Assembly: GCA_035289425.1 (NCBI GenBank)
Contig: DATDXC010000074.1
Coordinates: 1 to 63,823 of the forward strand
Source of the DNA: Candidatus Nanoarchaeia archaeon
Lineage (GTDB): Archaea; Nanobdellota; Nanobdellia; Woesearchaeales; DATDXC01
Direction: 5' to 3'
Length of the DNA stretch: 63,823 nt
The translations under genes were made by a program, and so were the position numbers. The notes under the pieces are model-generated. The model saw nothing but the letters and a program-made list of their open reading frames with translations, searched no databases and had not been told where the DNA came from. Position 1 is the stretch's first letter; every line of letters begins with the position of its first letter. Shown piece by piece: positions 25,425-35,880 of the stretch.

Positions 25425-28400
25425 GTGTTGATAACGTGTAAGTACAGTTTTGTGCTTGTATGTTTTATTTTCTTATTAGTTGTTCTGTTATCCGTTTCTG
25501 CTAACGAAACTTATTCTTTCGTCAATGAAACTGCTGATGAAACGATCTCAACCGAAGAAACAAACAAAACTGAGAAGATTATATCAATAGATTTATCGTA
25601 TGAGAAAGGAACGCCTTTTGACGAAGATGATGATGGCACTGCCTATACTGATGATATAATTGATTTTTCTGTCAATAAAACATCTTTTAACTGGAATGTT
25701 AATGAAGAGAAATTATGCACAAGCTGGAAAACCACCAGCTTAGAAACAGACGAATCAACAATAGCGTGCTATGGCTATGGGCAATGCTGCGGTTTTATCG
25801 GATTGACTCCAACAAGAGATAGCTGGAATGAAGTCTTTTACTCTAATTATGGGTTGTATGGGGCAACTTACAATAATACTATATCTGCGCAAGTTGTTTA
25901 TGTCGATTATAACTTAAGCTTTGAAAATCCGTATGAAGATGTTGCTTATAGCGAATGGTCTTCATTGAAGGCAGATTTTATTGAGAAAACAGTAACTATC
26001 TTTACAAAAATAACTGAATTGATTGTTGACCAGATTAATGCAGTGAAAGGCGCAATAGTAAACATACAAGCTAAATTAAGCTACGCCAATGATTCACCTA
26101 TGCCACTAGAGACAGTAAAACTATATTCAAATGGCAGTTTAGTTGAAACAGGAATGACAGATTTAACAGGAAATATTATCTTTTTATTGAACACCTCTGA
26201 ATTAGAATTTGGCAGTCATCTGGTTAATATAACATTTGAAGGAAAAGAAAGAGTTAATGATCAAAGAACAATTTCGATAAAGCCAAGCTATAATTTTACT
26301 TTGATTAATATTAAAGATAATGAAACAGAAATCAATGTAAATGAAGTTCAAATAGATGATCATTCTATAACAAGAACAGCAAATACTGAAACTGTTTGTC
26401 ATCCTGTTGAAGAAATCACTGAAATTTGCAGAGAAGAATGCATGGATTGGGATACTTCTGAAAACGGAACTGTCTATTGCTTAGGCGGTTATGGCGAGGT
26501 TTGCAGGAATAATGCTATAACCAAGCAAACCTGCGATAAGACCATATATGTTGGGATAAAATTTGTCAAAGAAGATGGTAAATGGAAAGATGTAAAAGAA
26601 GCAAGAAGCTTAAAAAATTATTTTAAAGTTGTTAAGAATGAAGACCCTGAATGGCCTGCTGAAGTTATAGACTTTAACTGGACTTCTATCACTTTAGATT
26701 TAGATATTGGTGATGATAAACATAAAAATAAAGATATTGAACTAAAAGTTTATGATAAAGAGGATAAAACAAAAAGACCAAAAGATAACAATGGCAACGA
26801 AAAAAACAAAGATAAAAAGATAAATATAAAGAATAAAGGAGAAAAACAAAGGGAGATTATTGATTTGAGCGATACTGCAGAAAGCATTCTTACACAAGAG
26901 ATTAAATGGGGCGATAATTCTACTACATTTCAGATTATTGAGGGAAATGATACATCTTTAGGAGAAGGCTATGATTATGATTATTATACTTTATGGGCTG
27001 ATGTCCATAATTCCCCCGGAGCATTTGTCACTAAGTCCAGCTCTGAGTTAAGAATTGGTGATGACGGTAATGTCTACACAGGTGATTACACTTGGATACT
27101 AAGGGGATTTGCACCAATAAATACCTCCGGGTTAGATGATTCAGCCTCAATTTCTTCTGCAAAGTTTTGTGCAAAGGTAACATTGGTTAGGGACCAGGAT
27201 AATGATGGGTATGATTATCTTGTTTTGGTGGAAAGCAAGCAATCTAGCTTCACTAATCTAATTGCTGGAGATTTTGATCAATGTGGAGATGCTATCAACA
27301 ATCCTTCTGAATTGAGCAATAGGATTGATTTTGGAACCATGAGTGCAGGCAGTTGGACTTGCTGGGATTTAAATGCTGCCGGATTGGCTAATATAAGCAA
27401 AACAGGGATAACTCCGCTTGCTATTAGAGAAGGCCATGATGTCGAAAATTCACCAATTGATCCATCATTGTCAAATAGACTTTACTTATCATCATATGAA
27501 TCTGGTGATGCTCCATATCTAAATGTAACCCAATCCTCAAATCAGCTTTCCATTTCATCCTGCACTATTCTGAATGCTCCTGGTGCGGTGTACACACTGA
27601 CGCAGGACATAATAAACTCGACTGCATCAAACTGCATGGACATTACATCCAATAATATAACCTTAGATTGCCAAGGGCATACTATTGATGGAAATGATGT
27701 CGCTGATTTTGGTGTAAGTATTTTAAGAAATTCGTCTGAAATTACTAACGTCACTGTTAAAAATTGTAAAGTGACTGATTGGGATAGCGCTGCTGTACAA
27801 AGCGAAGGTTCAAACAACGGAATTTCTCAAAATAATTTTATTAATTTAACCATAAGTTCAAATCCTTTTTATGGTTTGAGGGTCTGGGATTCACATAGTA
27901 ATATTTTTGAGAATATAACCATAGATGGAAGTAAGGTTAGCATGTTTATGATAGCAAATTATAAATCAAATTGTGACAACAGATTGATAAATGTTTATGG
28001 GGCAGAAAATAAACTCGTATTATACTATAATGAAACAATAAACATTCAGGATTACAACAATAATTTTTCTGATATTGTACTTTGTGGTGCGGACAATTCA
28101 ACATTAAGCAATATAATCTCAAGTGGGAACAGGACAAAAGGGATAATAATAACTGCCACGAATAATGTATCGCTTTCAAATATCACAGTTGAGAATATAA
28201 CCTCTATTAGGTTCTATCAATCAAATAATATATCCCTAATAAGCTCAGATATATCATCAAGTGAGAATGGCATAGTCTCTACTTTTTCCAATGATAATGA
28301 TATTATGGGTAATGTATTCCAAGATAATGACCAAGGCATTTCATTTGGTGTATTTTCTCAGGATTGGGCGATTAGTAATAATCTTCTTAATAATACCCTA

Positions 28401-31400
28401 AATATTGAATTTGGTGCTTCAACTACAAATAACTGGAACACATCAAACCAATCTGTGGTAAATATTATTGGTGGGTCTTATCTTGGCGGCAATTATTGGG
28501 CTTATCCGAATGGTACAGGCTATTCACAAGTTTGTGATGATATCAATTCAGATGGTTTTTGTGATGATCCTTATGATGTTGAAAATAATGTTCCATGTAC
28601 ATCGGGGGTTAATTGCTCAAATAACACGGATTATCTGCCTTTGACAGGTTTTAATGATACAACAAACATCATAGACTGTGCAAATTTAACCCAGGCAAGC
28701 ACAGAGTATACTTTACAGAATAATGTAACTGCAAATGGAACATGCTTTGTGGTAAATTCAAATGATATAACCCTTGATTTAAATGGATATACTATAATTG
28801 GAAATGGAACCGGCTATGGTGTTTATATTGATAGTTCTGGCTCAACTATCAAAAACGGCAATATCTACAATTTTGAGAATGGCGTTTATATTTCGTCTTA
28901 TTCTGATAATAACTTGCTTCTAAACAATAATATATATGAAAATATAAATGAAGAAATATTTGATGAAGGCAACATCTCAACTAAGAACTATCTCGTTTAT
29001 AATAACAGCTTTGGGGAGATAAGATGGGTTAATGAGATGTTCTTACAAAATTTAACAACAGAAGGAGATTTAACGTTACCTGGAAATATCGGGATAGGAA
29101 ATAACTCTGCTTACTTCAATTCAATAGAATTTTTTGGTTTAATTAATTCAAGCGCAAATATAACACTTACCAAAATTGGTCTTAGGGGGTTTATACTTCC
29201 CGCCGTGCTTAGAGATGACAAAGTCTGTACAGATTGCCATGCATTAACCAATTTAACTGATAGTAATGTGGTATTTAATGTAACTGGATGGAGTAATTAT
29301 TCCATTGGTGAAGGATGGCAGGAGATTATAGATGGAATGTTTATTGTAAAATTTGAATCAGGGGTGGTACTTATGCCCGAAAACAAAACTGCACTACCTA
29401 TACAAAACTTAACAATTATCCCAGATTCCATTAATCAATTAATTATAAACTTTGGTGTTACATATATCGAAAAGGTATTCCCAGAACAGGATAATGCCTT
29501 GAAGGAAATTTACAAACTAAATGTATCCGATACAGTAAACATCTCAGATGCTGTCTTGGCATTTGAGAATGATACAAATGTGGTGTATGCTGCACCAGTT
29601 ATTAGGATTAAGCAAACTGTCTGGCCTAATGATCCATTATTCTTTCCAAATCAATGGGCTTTACTTAACACAACGAACATAAGCGAGGCATGGAATCTTA
29701 CAAAAGGTGATTCTAACATAGTGATTGCAATAATAGATAGTGGGATAGATCCATCACATCAGGACTTAAAAAATAATATATGGAACAACACCAATGAAAC
29801 TCCCAATGATGGTTTGGACAATGATAACAATGGATTTATAGATGATATAATGGGGTGGGATTTTGTAAGTTATGATGGAAGTGGCCTTTATCAGGTTTGT
29901 ACTGATGATTGCACCGAACCAGACAATTCTTTAAACGATATTGATGGGCATGGCACTCATGTGGCGGGAATAGCCGGTGCTGTAACCAACAATAGTTTTG
30001 GTATATCTGGCGTTTGTTATAATTGTACTATTTTGCCCCTTAAAGCAGGGTATGAAATTTTTGACGCTATCCAATTCGGATATTATGCTGTTTTGAACAC
30101 AGACGATGTTGCGAGAGCCATAATTTATGCTGCTGATAATGGGGCAGATATCATTAGCATGAGTTTCGGAGGATCAGAATCTTTATTAGAAGAAGATGCT
30201 ATAGATTACGCTGTGAACAAAGGAGTCATCTTGGTTGCAGCTGCTGGAAATAATGGAAACAATAATTCAGTATATCCAGCAGCGTACAAAAATGTGCTCT
30301 CCGTGGCTGCTACAAACAAAGAAGGTGAAAAGGCTTCGTACTCTACTTACGGTAGCTGGGTCGATCTTGCTGCTCCTGGAGATGACATATATAGCACTTG
30401 GATTGGTGGGGGGTTCCAGTCTCTCACCGGAACTTCCATGGCTACGCCAATTGTATCTGGTACGGTCGCTTTATTACTTAGTGTAAATCCTACATTAAAC
30501 GTGAAGGATGTAGCATATATATTGAATCAGACCGCAAAAATTGTGGGTGTTCCTGACTACAACCTTTCAAGAATAGATGTGTTAGAAGCAGTCAACATGA
30601 CATTAAATTTTGTGAGTATAACTTCTCCACGACCCGACCAAACCTTTAGTCTTTCTTGTGATGATGGTTTAAGCTTTAATGTAACATTGGTGCAACCAGC
30701 GGTCGTTTGTAAGGTGGAAGTTGACTTAGGCAACGGAAAAAAGAACCATACTATGACTAGCGTTGACACTTATAACTTTAATTGGTCAATTCCTTACCAA
30801 AACTTTAGTTTGGGTTCCTATTTGACAAACATATGGTGTAATTTTGCCGATGGAAAGAACAGTACCAGTATGAGGAATTTTATAATAGATTATACAAAAA
30901 TAAATAGTTGCGAAATGCTCCAATGCATGAACCAACATATGAATGAGTCATATACATTGGAAAATGATATTAATTGCTCAGATACTGCGACAGGAGCCGG
31001 ATTTGGCCCAATCGGAGATGCATACAATAATATGTTTAATGGCACATTGAATGGACAGAATCATATAATCCATGGCCTGCATATCAACAGGCCAGCTGAA
31101 AATTATATAGGCTTATTTGGATATACTGGTCCTAATTTCAATGTTTCCAATCTTGGTCTTGAGGATGTAAACATAACAGGCAATGATATTGTTGGCACTA
31201 TTGTAGGGCACCAACAAGGTATTGTAGGTGAGGTGTATGCTACTGGAAGTGTTTCAGGAGATGATGATGTTGGGGGCATGGTTGGAAGAAATCATGGCAC
31301 TATAAAAAATACATACGCAAATGTCAGCCTTACAGCAACAGGACAAGGTAGTGGTGGCATCGCTGGCGTTGGTGTAAATATAATCAATTCATCATACGCT

Positions 31401-33533
31401 GTTGGCCCAGTCAGTGGATATGGAAATGTGGGCGGCTTGGTAGGATTTTTTGTGGGAAATATTTCTAATTCTTTTGCATCAAATGATGTATCGGGAGTTT
31501 CATCTATTGGCGGTATTATTGGCTATAATGGAGGTACCATAACAAACTCTTATTGGAATAATCATTCAGACAATCCTAATGATTGTTATAGTGGGGGCAA
31601 TACTGAATGTAATGTGGTTCAAAGCGATTTAGAGCACTTTAAAGGTGATGTATACTCTCATCGAGAGCCAATGAAAAGCTGGCAATTTTTTGAGATTTGG
31701 GAGGAACGTGAAGATAATTTCCCTTCGTTAGTTGGTTTTGGATTGGGTGATTATTATGACTCAACAAAAGTAACTAAGTGTGGGAGGTTGATGCTCGAAA
31801 ACGTTACATATACCCTGCAAAATGATATTATGATTTCTGGAAACTGTTTTAATATAACTACAAGAAACATTACTTTGGATTTTGTGAGATTCAACATTAC
31901 TGGAGACGGTTCGGGGAATGGGATAACTATTAGCGGTTATAACAACTCTATTATTAAGGAAGGGGTGATTTCAGGTTTCAAAAATGGAATTTTGATTGAT
32001 AGCACTTCCGGAGATAATCTAATACTTAACAACAACTTATTTAGCAATACAGATTGGGAAATTCAAGACCTTTCTTCTCTCAGCTACAAAAATCAGCTGA
32101 TCTTTAACAACACATTTGGGTCAATTGAATGGATTAATCAGAGTTTCTTGCAGAACTTAACCACCAAAGGCAATCTAATTTTCCATAAATATCAAGAAGA
32201 TCCGAACGATGTCAGCGCACAAAGTTTATATTTTTATGTAAACTATACCAAACCTCTTGGGTCCGTAGGTTCCGAGTGGGAAGTGAAACATGGTACACTA
32301 CAACCCTACAAGATTTCGGTTCCCCCACAGTGTTGGGACTACCTTGCGGATAAAATTGTACTAAAAATATCGAGTATATCTAACGATGGGGCAGGTCATG
32401 CAATATCCCAACCTTATTGTTACGATGGTTTTGTCTGGCAACAAATAGGTAAAACATCAATAAGTAGTTTCTCATATGCAAGCGGCGGCTATTATGGCTT
32501 CCAAAACGCTTATGATGGAGATTGGAACACGTATATGGGTTGGAGGTGGAATAGCCCAGCAGGTTTTGTGAACCAGGTTTCTCCTCAATCAACATTTGTT
32601 ATCTATGAAGAGGGCATTTGGTGGCAGTTCTCCAATACTAACATTAGTATATTAAATAATTCCATATACTTGAATCCACAATTCTTTGTTGGAAATATGA
32701 ATTCATCGGTTAATATTAGTTTACATGGACTTACTTATGATGGTAGCTACCCCGCAATTTTAAGAAAGCCCCTCAGGAATAATACTGAGTGTACTGATTG
32801 TGAAAAATCTGGTACATTTAGTGGAAGCACAGTTAATTTCCAAGTAGATAATTTTGATGGAAATTATTCTGTGGGCAAATACGTGCGAGATTCCAGCAAT
32901 GTAACATTATATTCTGGATGGAATATGTTTGCGATTACTTTAGAAAATAAAGACAATAATACTGATAGGAACATATCCTTATCTTCTTCAGGAGATGGTA
33001 GGAATCTAATAGGTTATTCATCAGATACAGAACTAAATACTTCGTCAATTAGCTTCACACCAGCAGGCGGAAACGAGAAGACATGGGATGAAGCAGTAAC
33101 AGATGGAGACATTAAAAGTGAATTGACATTTTATGATAACAATCCATCATATAAGAAATATTTGCACACCCCATTGCAAGTTAATAATCTGAAAAACAAA
33201 ACAGGCTATTGGGTTCAAGCAAATGTCCCTGGTAATTTGACTATAAAAAATGTTGGTGGATCATTTACTAATGAATCTTATGAATGGAAAAATTTGATGT
33301 TCACGAATTGCACAGAAGGAATGGTGGTTGGTGTGGATTGTTTGGAATTGAATATAAGTGATGCTAATAATACCGGGTGGATAGATCAAAGAATACAATA
33401 TTGGGAAACTAATCCACCAACAGGAAATGTACGTTGGATGATAATGCCAGATAATAAAGAAGAACTGAAACCATGGGAAGGCTTTGTGATTGATGCCAAA
33501 AAAGATAATATCCAACTTTTGAGGCAGAATTAA
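25425..33533 (+). CDS. giant secreted multidomain surface protein: beta-helix modules + subtilisin-like S8 protease + GLUG repeats
   Basis: Signal peptide ...VVLLSVSA|NE. NosD/pectin-lyase-like beta-helix modules start at about 27561, 28677 and 31780. An I9-like propeptide (from 29337) precedes a subtilase with D1438 (29736), H1509 (29949) and S1671 (30435) in IDSG, HGTHVAG and GTSMATP contexts. GLUG-type repeats span 31100-31560. N-x-S/T sequons are very frequent. The start codon is uncertain: GTG 25425 or TTG 25428. Confidence 0.85.
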   Translation: MLITCKYSFVLVCFIFLLVVLLSVSANETYSFVNETADETISTEETNKTEKIISIDLSYEKGTPFDEDDDGTAYTDDIIDFSVNKTSFNWNVNEEKLCTSWKTTSLETDESTIACYGYGQCCGFIGLTPTRDSWNEVFYSNYGLYGATYNNTISAQVVYVDYNLSFENPYEDVAYSEWSSLKADFIEKTVTIFTKITELIVDQINAVKGAIVNIQAKLSYANDSPMPLETVKLYSNGSLVETGMTDLTGNIIFLLNTSELEFGSHLVNITFEGKERVNDQRTISIKPSYNFTLINIKDNETEINVNEVQIDDHSITRTANTETVCHPVEEITEICREECMDWDTSENGTVYCLGGYGEVCRNNAITKQTCDKTIYVGIKFVKEDGKWKDVKEARSLKNYFKVVKNEDPEWPAEVIDFNWTSITLDLDIGDDKHKNKDIELKVYDKEDKTKRPKDNNGNEKNKDKKINIKNKGEKQREIIDLSDTAESILTQEIKWGDNSTTFQIIEGNDTSLGEGYDYDYYTLWADVHNSPGAFVTKSSSELRIGDDGNVYTGDYTWILRGFAPINTSGLDDSASISSAKFCAKVTLVRDQDNDGYDYLVLVESKQSSFTNLIAGDFDQCGDAINNPSELSNRIDFGTMSAGSWTCWDLNAAGLANISKTGITPLAIREGHDVENSPIDPSLSNRLYLSSYESGDAPYLNVTQSSNQLSISSCTILNAPGAVYTLTQDIINSTASNCMDITSNNITLDCQGHTIDGNDVADFGVSILRNSSEITNVTVKNCKVTDWDSAAVQSEGSNNGISQNNFINLTISSNPFYGLRVWDSHSNIFENITIDGSKVSMFMIANYKSNCDNRLINVYGAENKLVLYYNETINIQDYNNNFSDIVLCGADNSTLSNIISSGNRTKGIIITATNNVSLSNITVENITSIRFYQSNNISLISSDISSSENGIVSTFSNDNDIMGNVFQDNDQGISFGVFSQDWAISNNLLNNTLNIEFGASTTNNWNTSNQSVVNIIGGSYLGGNYWAYPNGTGYSQVCDDINSDGFCDDPYDVENNVPCTSGVNCSNNTDYLPLTGFNDTTNIIDCANLTQASTEYTLQNNVTANGTCFVVNSNDITLDLNGYTIIGNGTGYGVYIDSSGSTIKNGNIYNFENGVYISSYSDNNLLLNNNIYENINEEIFDEGNISTKNYLVYNNSFGEIRWVNEMFLQNLTTEGDLTLPGNIGIGNNSAYFNSIEFFGLINSSANITLTKIGLRGFILPAVLRDDKVCTDCHALTNLTDSNVVFNVTGWSNYSIGEGWQEIIDGMFIVKFESGVVLMPENKTALPIQNLTIIPDSINQLIINFGVTYIEKVFPEQDNALKEIYKLNVSDTVNISDAVLAFENDTNVVYAAPVIRIKQTVWPNDPLFFPNQWALLNTTNISEAWNLTKGDSNIVIAIIDSGIDPSHQDLKNNIWNNTNETPNDGLDNDNNGFIDDIMGWDFVSYDGSGLYQVCTDDCTEPDNSLNDIDGHGTHVAGIAGAVTNNSFGISGVCYNCTILPLKAGYEIFDAIQFGYYAVLNTDDVARAIIYAADNGADIISMSFGGSESLLEEDAIDYAVNKGVILVAAAGNNGNNNSVYPAAYKNVLSVAATNKEGEKASYSTYGSWVDLAAPGDDIYSTWIGGGFQSLTGTSMATPIVSGTVALLLSVNPTLNVKDVAYILNQTAKIVGVPDYNLSRIDVLEAVNMTLNFVSITSPRPDQTFSLSCDDGLSFNVTLVQPAVVCKVEVDLGNGKKNHTMTSVDTYNFNWSIPYQNFSLGSYLTNIWCNFADGKNSTSMRNFIIDYTKINSCEMLQCMNQHMNESYTLENDINCSDTATGAGFGPIGDAYNNMFNGTLNGQNHIIHGLHINRPAENYIGLFGYTGPNFNVSNLGLEDVNITGNDIVGTIVGHQQGIVGEVYATGSVSGDDDVGGMVGRNHGTIKNTYANVSLTATGQGSGGIAGVGVNIINSSYAVGPVSGYGNVGGLVGFFVGNISNSFASNDVSGVSSIGGIIGYNGGTITNSYWNNHSDNPNDCYSGGNTECNVVQSDLEHFKGDVYSHREPMKSWQFFEIWEEREDNFPSLVGFGLGDYYDSTKVTKCGRLMLENVTYTLQNDIMISGNCFNITTRNITLDFVRFNITGDGSGNGITISGYNNSIIKEGVISGFKNGILIDSTSGDNLILNNNLFSNTDWEIQDLSSLSYKNQLIFNNTFGSIEWINQSFLQNLTTKGNLIFHKYQEDPNDVSAQSLYFYVNYTKPLGSVGSEWEVKHGTLQPYKISVPPQCWDYLADKIVLKISSISNDGAGHAISQPYCYDGFVWQQIGKTSISSFSYASGGYYGFQNAYDGDWNTYMGWRWNSPAGFVNQVSPQSTFVIYEEGIWWQFSNTNISILNNSIYLNPQFFVGNMNSSVNISLHGLTYDGSYPAILRKPLRNNTECTDCEKSGTFSGSTVNFQVDNFDGNYSVGKYVRDSSNVTLYSGWNMFAITLENKDNNTDRNISLSSSGDGRNLIGYSSDTELNTSSISFTPAGGNEKTWDEAVTDGDIKSELTFYDNNPSYKKYLHTPLQVNNLKNKTGYWVQANVPGNLTIKNVGGSFTNESYEWKNLMFTNCTEGMVVGVDCLELNISDANNTGWIDQRIQYWETNPPTGNVRWMIMPDNKEELKPWEGFVIDAKKDNIQLLRQN

Positions 33534-33575
33534 ATGGGAATATTTATAAGTATAAACTACTTCCAAGTGATAAAA

Positions 33576-34502
33576 ATGATAAGAAATAAATTCAGTAAAG
33601 CACTGCTGGCTGCATTAAGTGTTTATATAGGAAGCATAGCTTATCGCAATAGATGCCATGCTGGAAAAATAGAAATTGTCCCTTGGTGTGATGAAACTCC
33701 CATTGGTAGCCAAGTTATAATAGATGACGACTCTCATAGTTCAGAATCACCACCAACACCAGAACCAAATACGTTAATAAGAGACACTAATGGTTGGTCC
33801 GTAATCGGTATCCCTTCATCAACACCAATATCGGTTTTACTTAATATCACAATTAATGGATATACAGGCAACGCTAATCTCCACCTGTCGGTTAATTATC
33901 TACAAGAATATAGTACTAGTAGAGTAATTACTATGGAATCCGAAACGATTATGGGTGAAAGAAAAACAAGAGACATACGTTATGATATCGCACATGGGAC
34001 TAACATAAATGGTAAACTATACGCTATATACCATTTTACAAACACAATCTCAGGTTACGCAAACCACCAAGTTGTTGCAACTGTTAAAGTCAATATTGGT
34101 CCAGCAGATACTAATGTTTACATAATTGGGATTACAAAAGATACAAACGGAACAGTTAATCTGCAAACCAAAGGTCAAGCAGGAACATGGGTTAGGCACA
34201 ATGTTGCTTATCTAGATGATTTAACAAATGACTGGACAAATTCTATTGTAGTAACAAATAATGAAGTACATATTCCTGTAACAGATGAAACATTAGCAAA
34301 TGGACAATCAATTGTGATAAGTAATGTTCCTGTAGCCTCGCTTAAAAGATTATATCGATTATTATCAAGAAAACAGGGTGTACCAGAAGGAGGATATACA
34401 ACAAATTTAGAACAAGAAGTAACTCAACCATTTTATAAAAAATTAGATAGATATGGGCCAAGAAAAAATCAATTGTATAAGCAAAAAGCATTAGTTCGTT
34501 AA
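33576..34502 (+). CDS. secreted/membrane-anchored hypothetical protein with basic QPFYK C-terminal tail
   Basis: Start set to the ATG at 33576 (MIRNKFSKALLAALSV...). No known domain recognised. The C-terminus is ...LYRLLSRKQGVPEGGYTTNLEQEVTQPFYKKLDRYGPRKNQLYKQKALVR. Confidence 0.6.
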   Translation: MIRNKFSKALLAALSVYIGSIAYRNRCHAGKIEIVPWCDETPIGSQVIIDDDSHSSESPPTPEPNTLIRDTNGWSVIGIPSSTPISVLLNITINGYTGNANLHLSVNYLQEYSTSRVITMESETIMGERKTRDIRYDIAHGTNINGKLYAIYHFTNTISGYANHQVVATVKVNIGPADTNVYIIGITKDTNGTVNLQTKGQAGTWVRHNVAYLDDLTNDWTNSIVVTNNEVHIPVTDETLANGQSIVISNVPVASLKRLYRLLSRKQGVPEGGYTTNLEQEVTQPFYKKLDRYGPRKNQLYKQKALVR

Positions 34503-34597
34503 AATTGAATAAAAAAGAGGAGTTAGATGATATCAATAAAAAAAATTAGTTTTAAAATAACAAAATGGTGTTCAAGCAAAGGAAAGGTGGTTTGGAA

Positions 34598-35848
34598 ATG
34601 ATTTTGGCAGGCATATTAGCAGCAACTTTAACAGCTGGCAGAGAAGCAAATGCGTATACTGTTACGCAATTAACCCAAAACGGATGTGCTAATTGGTCTC
34701 CCGCATATAGTCCTGATGGAGATAATATCGTTTTTGCATCGAGTAGAGATGGGAATAGTGAGATATACGTAATGGATGCCAATGGTAATAATCAAAGAAG
34801 GTTAACTCACACGGATGAGTTTAACGAATATTCTCCTGTTTTTTCTCCAGATGGGCAAAAAATAGCATATACGCGACAACCAACGAATTCTCTAACTAAC
34901 GGTGGCCTTTACACTATGGACTCAGCTAATGGAGATAACATTACGTTATTGGTGGTGGGTAGGTTATACTCTCCCTCATGGTCTCATGATGGTAATAAAA
35001 TTGCATATGCTATATCTTTGGATATGAGCAGTGCTATCTATTTTTTTAATTTAAAAACTTCAAACTCAGAATATGTTGTAATGGGGAATAATCCATCATG
35101 GTCTTCTGATGGTACCAATCTAACATATGCACGATGGTTAGACAATACAACACCAATTCATTCTTTTATTTATAACCTTAATCTGTTAACGGGCAATGAA
35201 CAACTTTTAGTTGAAGGTTCTCTTCCTAATTGGGACTATAGAAAAGACAAGATTATTTTTAATGATACCAATGGGTTTATCTGTGTGATAGACCATAATG
35301 GAAGCAATATTACCCAGATAGTTAGAAATTCAACTAATAGTATTCCTGCAGTCCCCAAATGGGGTCCAGACGGAACTAAAGCTGTGTTTATGGGGCGGGA
35401 CATAACACAAATGGGTAGCAATAATATTATTTATGTTGTTTCTGGAATTTTAAGGCGGCCAGAGATAAATAGATTAAGAGTTGATAGCAGTACTGCGATA
35501 ATAGATGCCAAAGTATCTCCAGAATCTTTTATTAGTATAGAGTATGCTGGTAACATTTATTTTACAAATTCTGTTGTTACTAATTTTGGATTGATGCCTA
35601 ATTTCGGTCAGGGTTTTGCAGCAAACCAGTTTGTTGTTCATGTTCCGACAAATTCAGATAGCCAATTTTATAGGTTAATTGCAGAAGTAACAAACCAACC
35701 AACTAACATACCAAGTGACAACCCAATTGGGATTAATGCCCCAAATTTAAAACAAGAAAAACAACCTTTTTACAAATCTTTGCCAAGATATCGGGAAAAA
35801 AAAGACGCTTTATTTAGAAGTGAGGGTTTTGTTCCGTTTGTACGTTAA
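34598..35848 (+). CDS. TolB-like PD40 beta-propeller protein with basic QPFYK C-terminal tail
   Basis: PD40 repeats: YSPDGDNIVFASSRDGNSEIYVMDANG, FSPDGQKIAYT, WSHDGNKIAYA, WSSDGTNLTYA and WGPDGTKAVFMG. Start set to the ATG at 34598, after a GGAAAGGTGG SD. The C-terminus is ...FYRLIAEV...KQEKQPFYKSLPRYREKKDALFRSEGFVPFVR. Confidence 0.75.
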   Translation: MILAGILAATLTAGREANAYTVTQLTQNGCANWSPAYSPDGDNIVFASSRDGNSEIYVMDANGNNQRRLTHTDEFNEYSPVFSPDGQKIAYTRQPTNSLTNGGLYTMDSANGDNITLLVVGRLYSPSWSHDGNKIAYAISLDMSSAIYFFNLKTSNSEYVVMGNNPSWSSDGTNLTYARWLDNTTPIHSFIYNLNLLTGNEQLLVEGSLPNWDYRKDKIIFNDTNGFICVIDHNGSNITQIVRNSTNSIPAVPKWGPDGTKAVFMGRDITQMGSNNIIYVVSGILRRPEINRLRVDSSTAIIDAKVSPESFISIEYAGNIYFTNSVVTNFGLMPNFGQGFAANQFVVHVPTNSDSQFYRLIAEVTNQPTNIPSDNPIGINAPNLKQEKQPFYKSLPRYREKKDALFRSEGFVPFVR

Positions 35849-35880
35849 AATCAATTTATTAAAAACAAAAGAGGTAAAAA

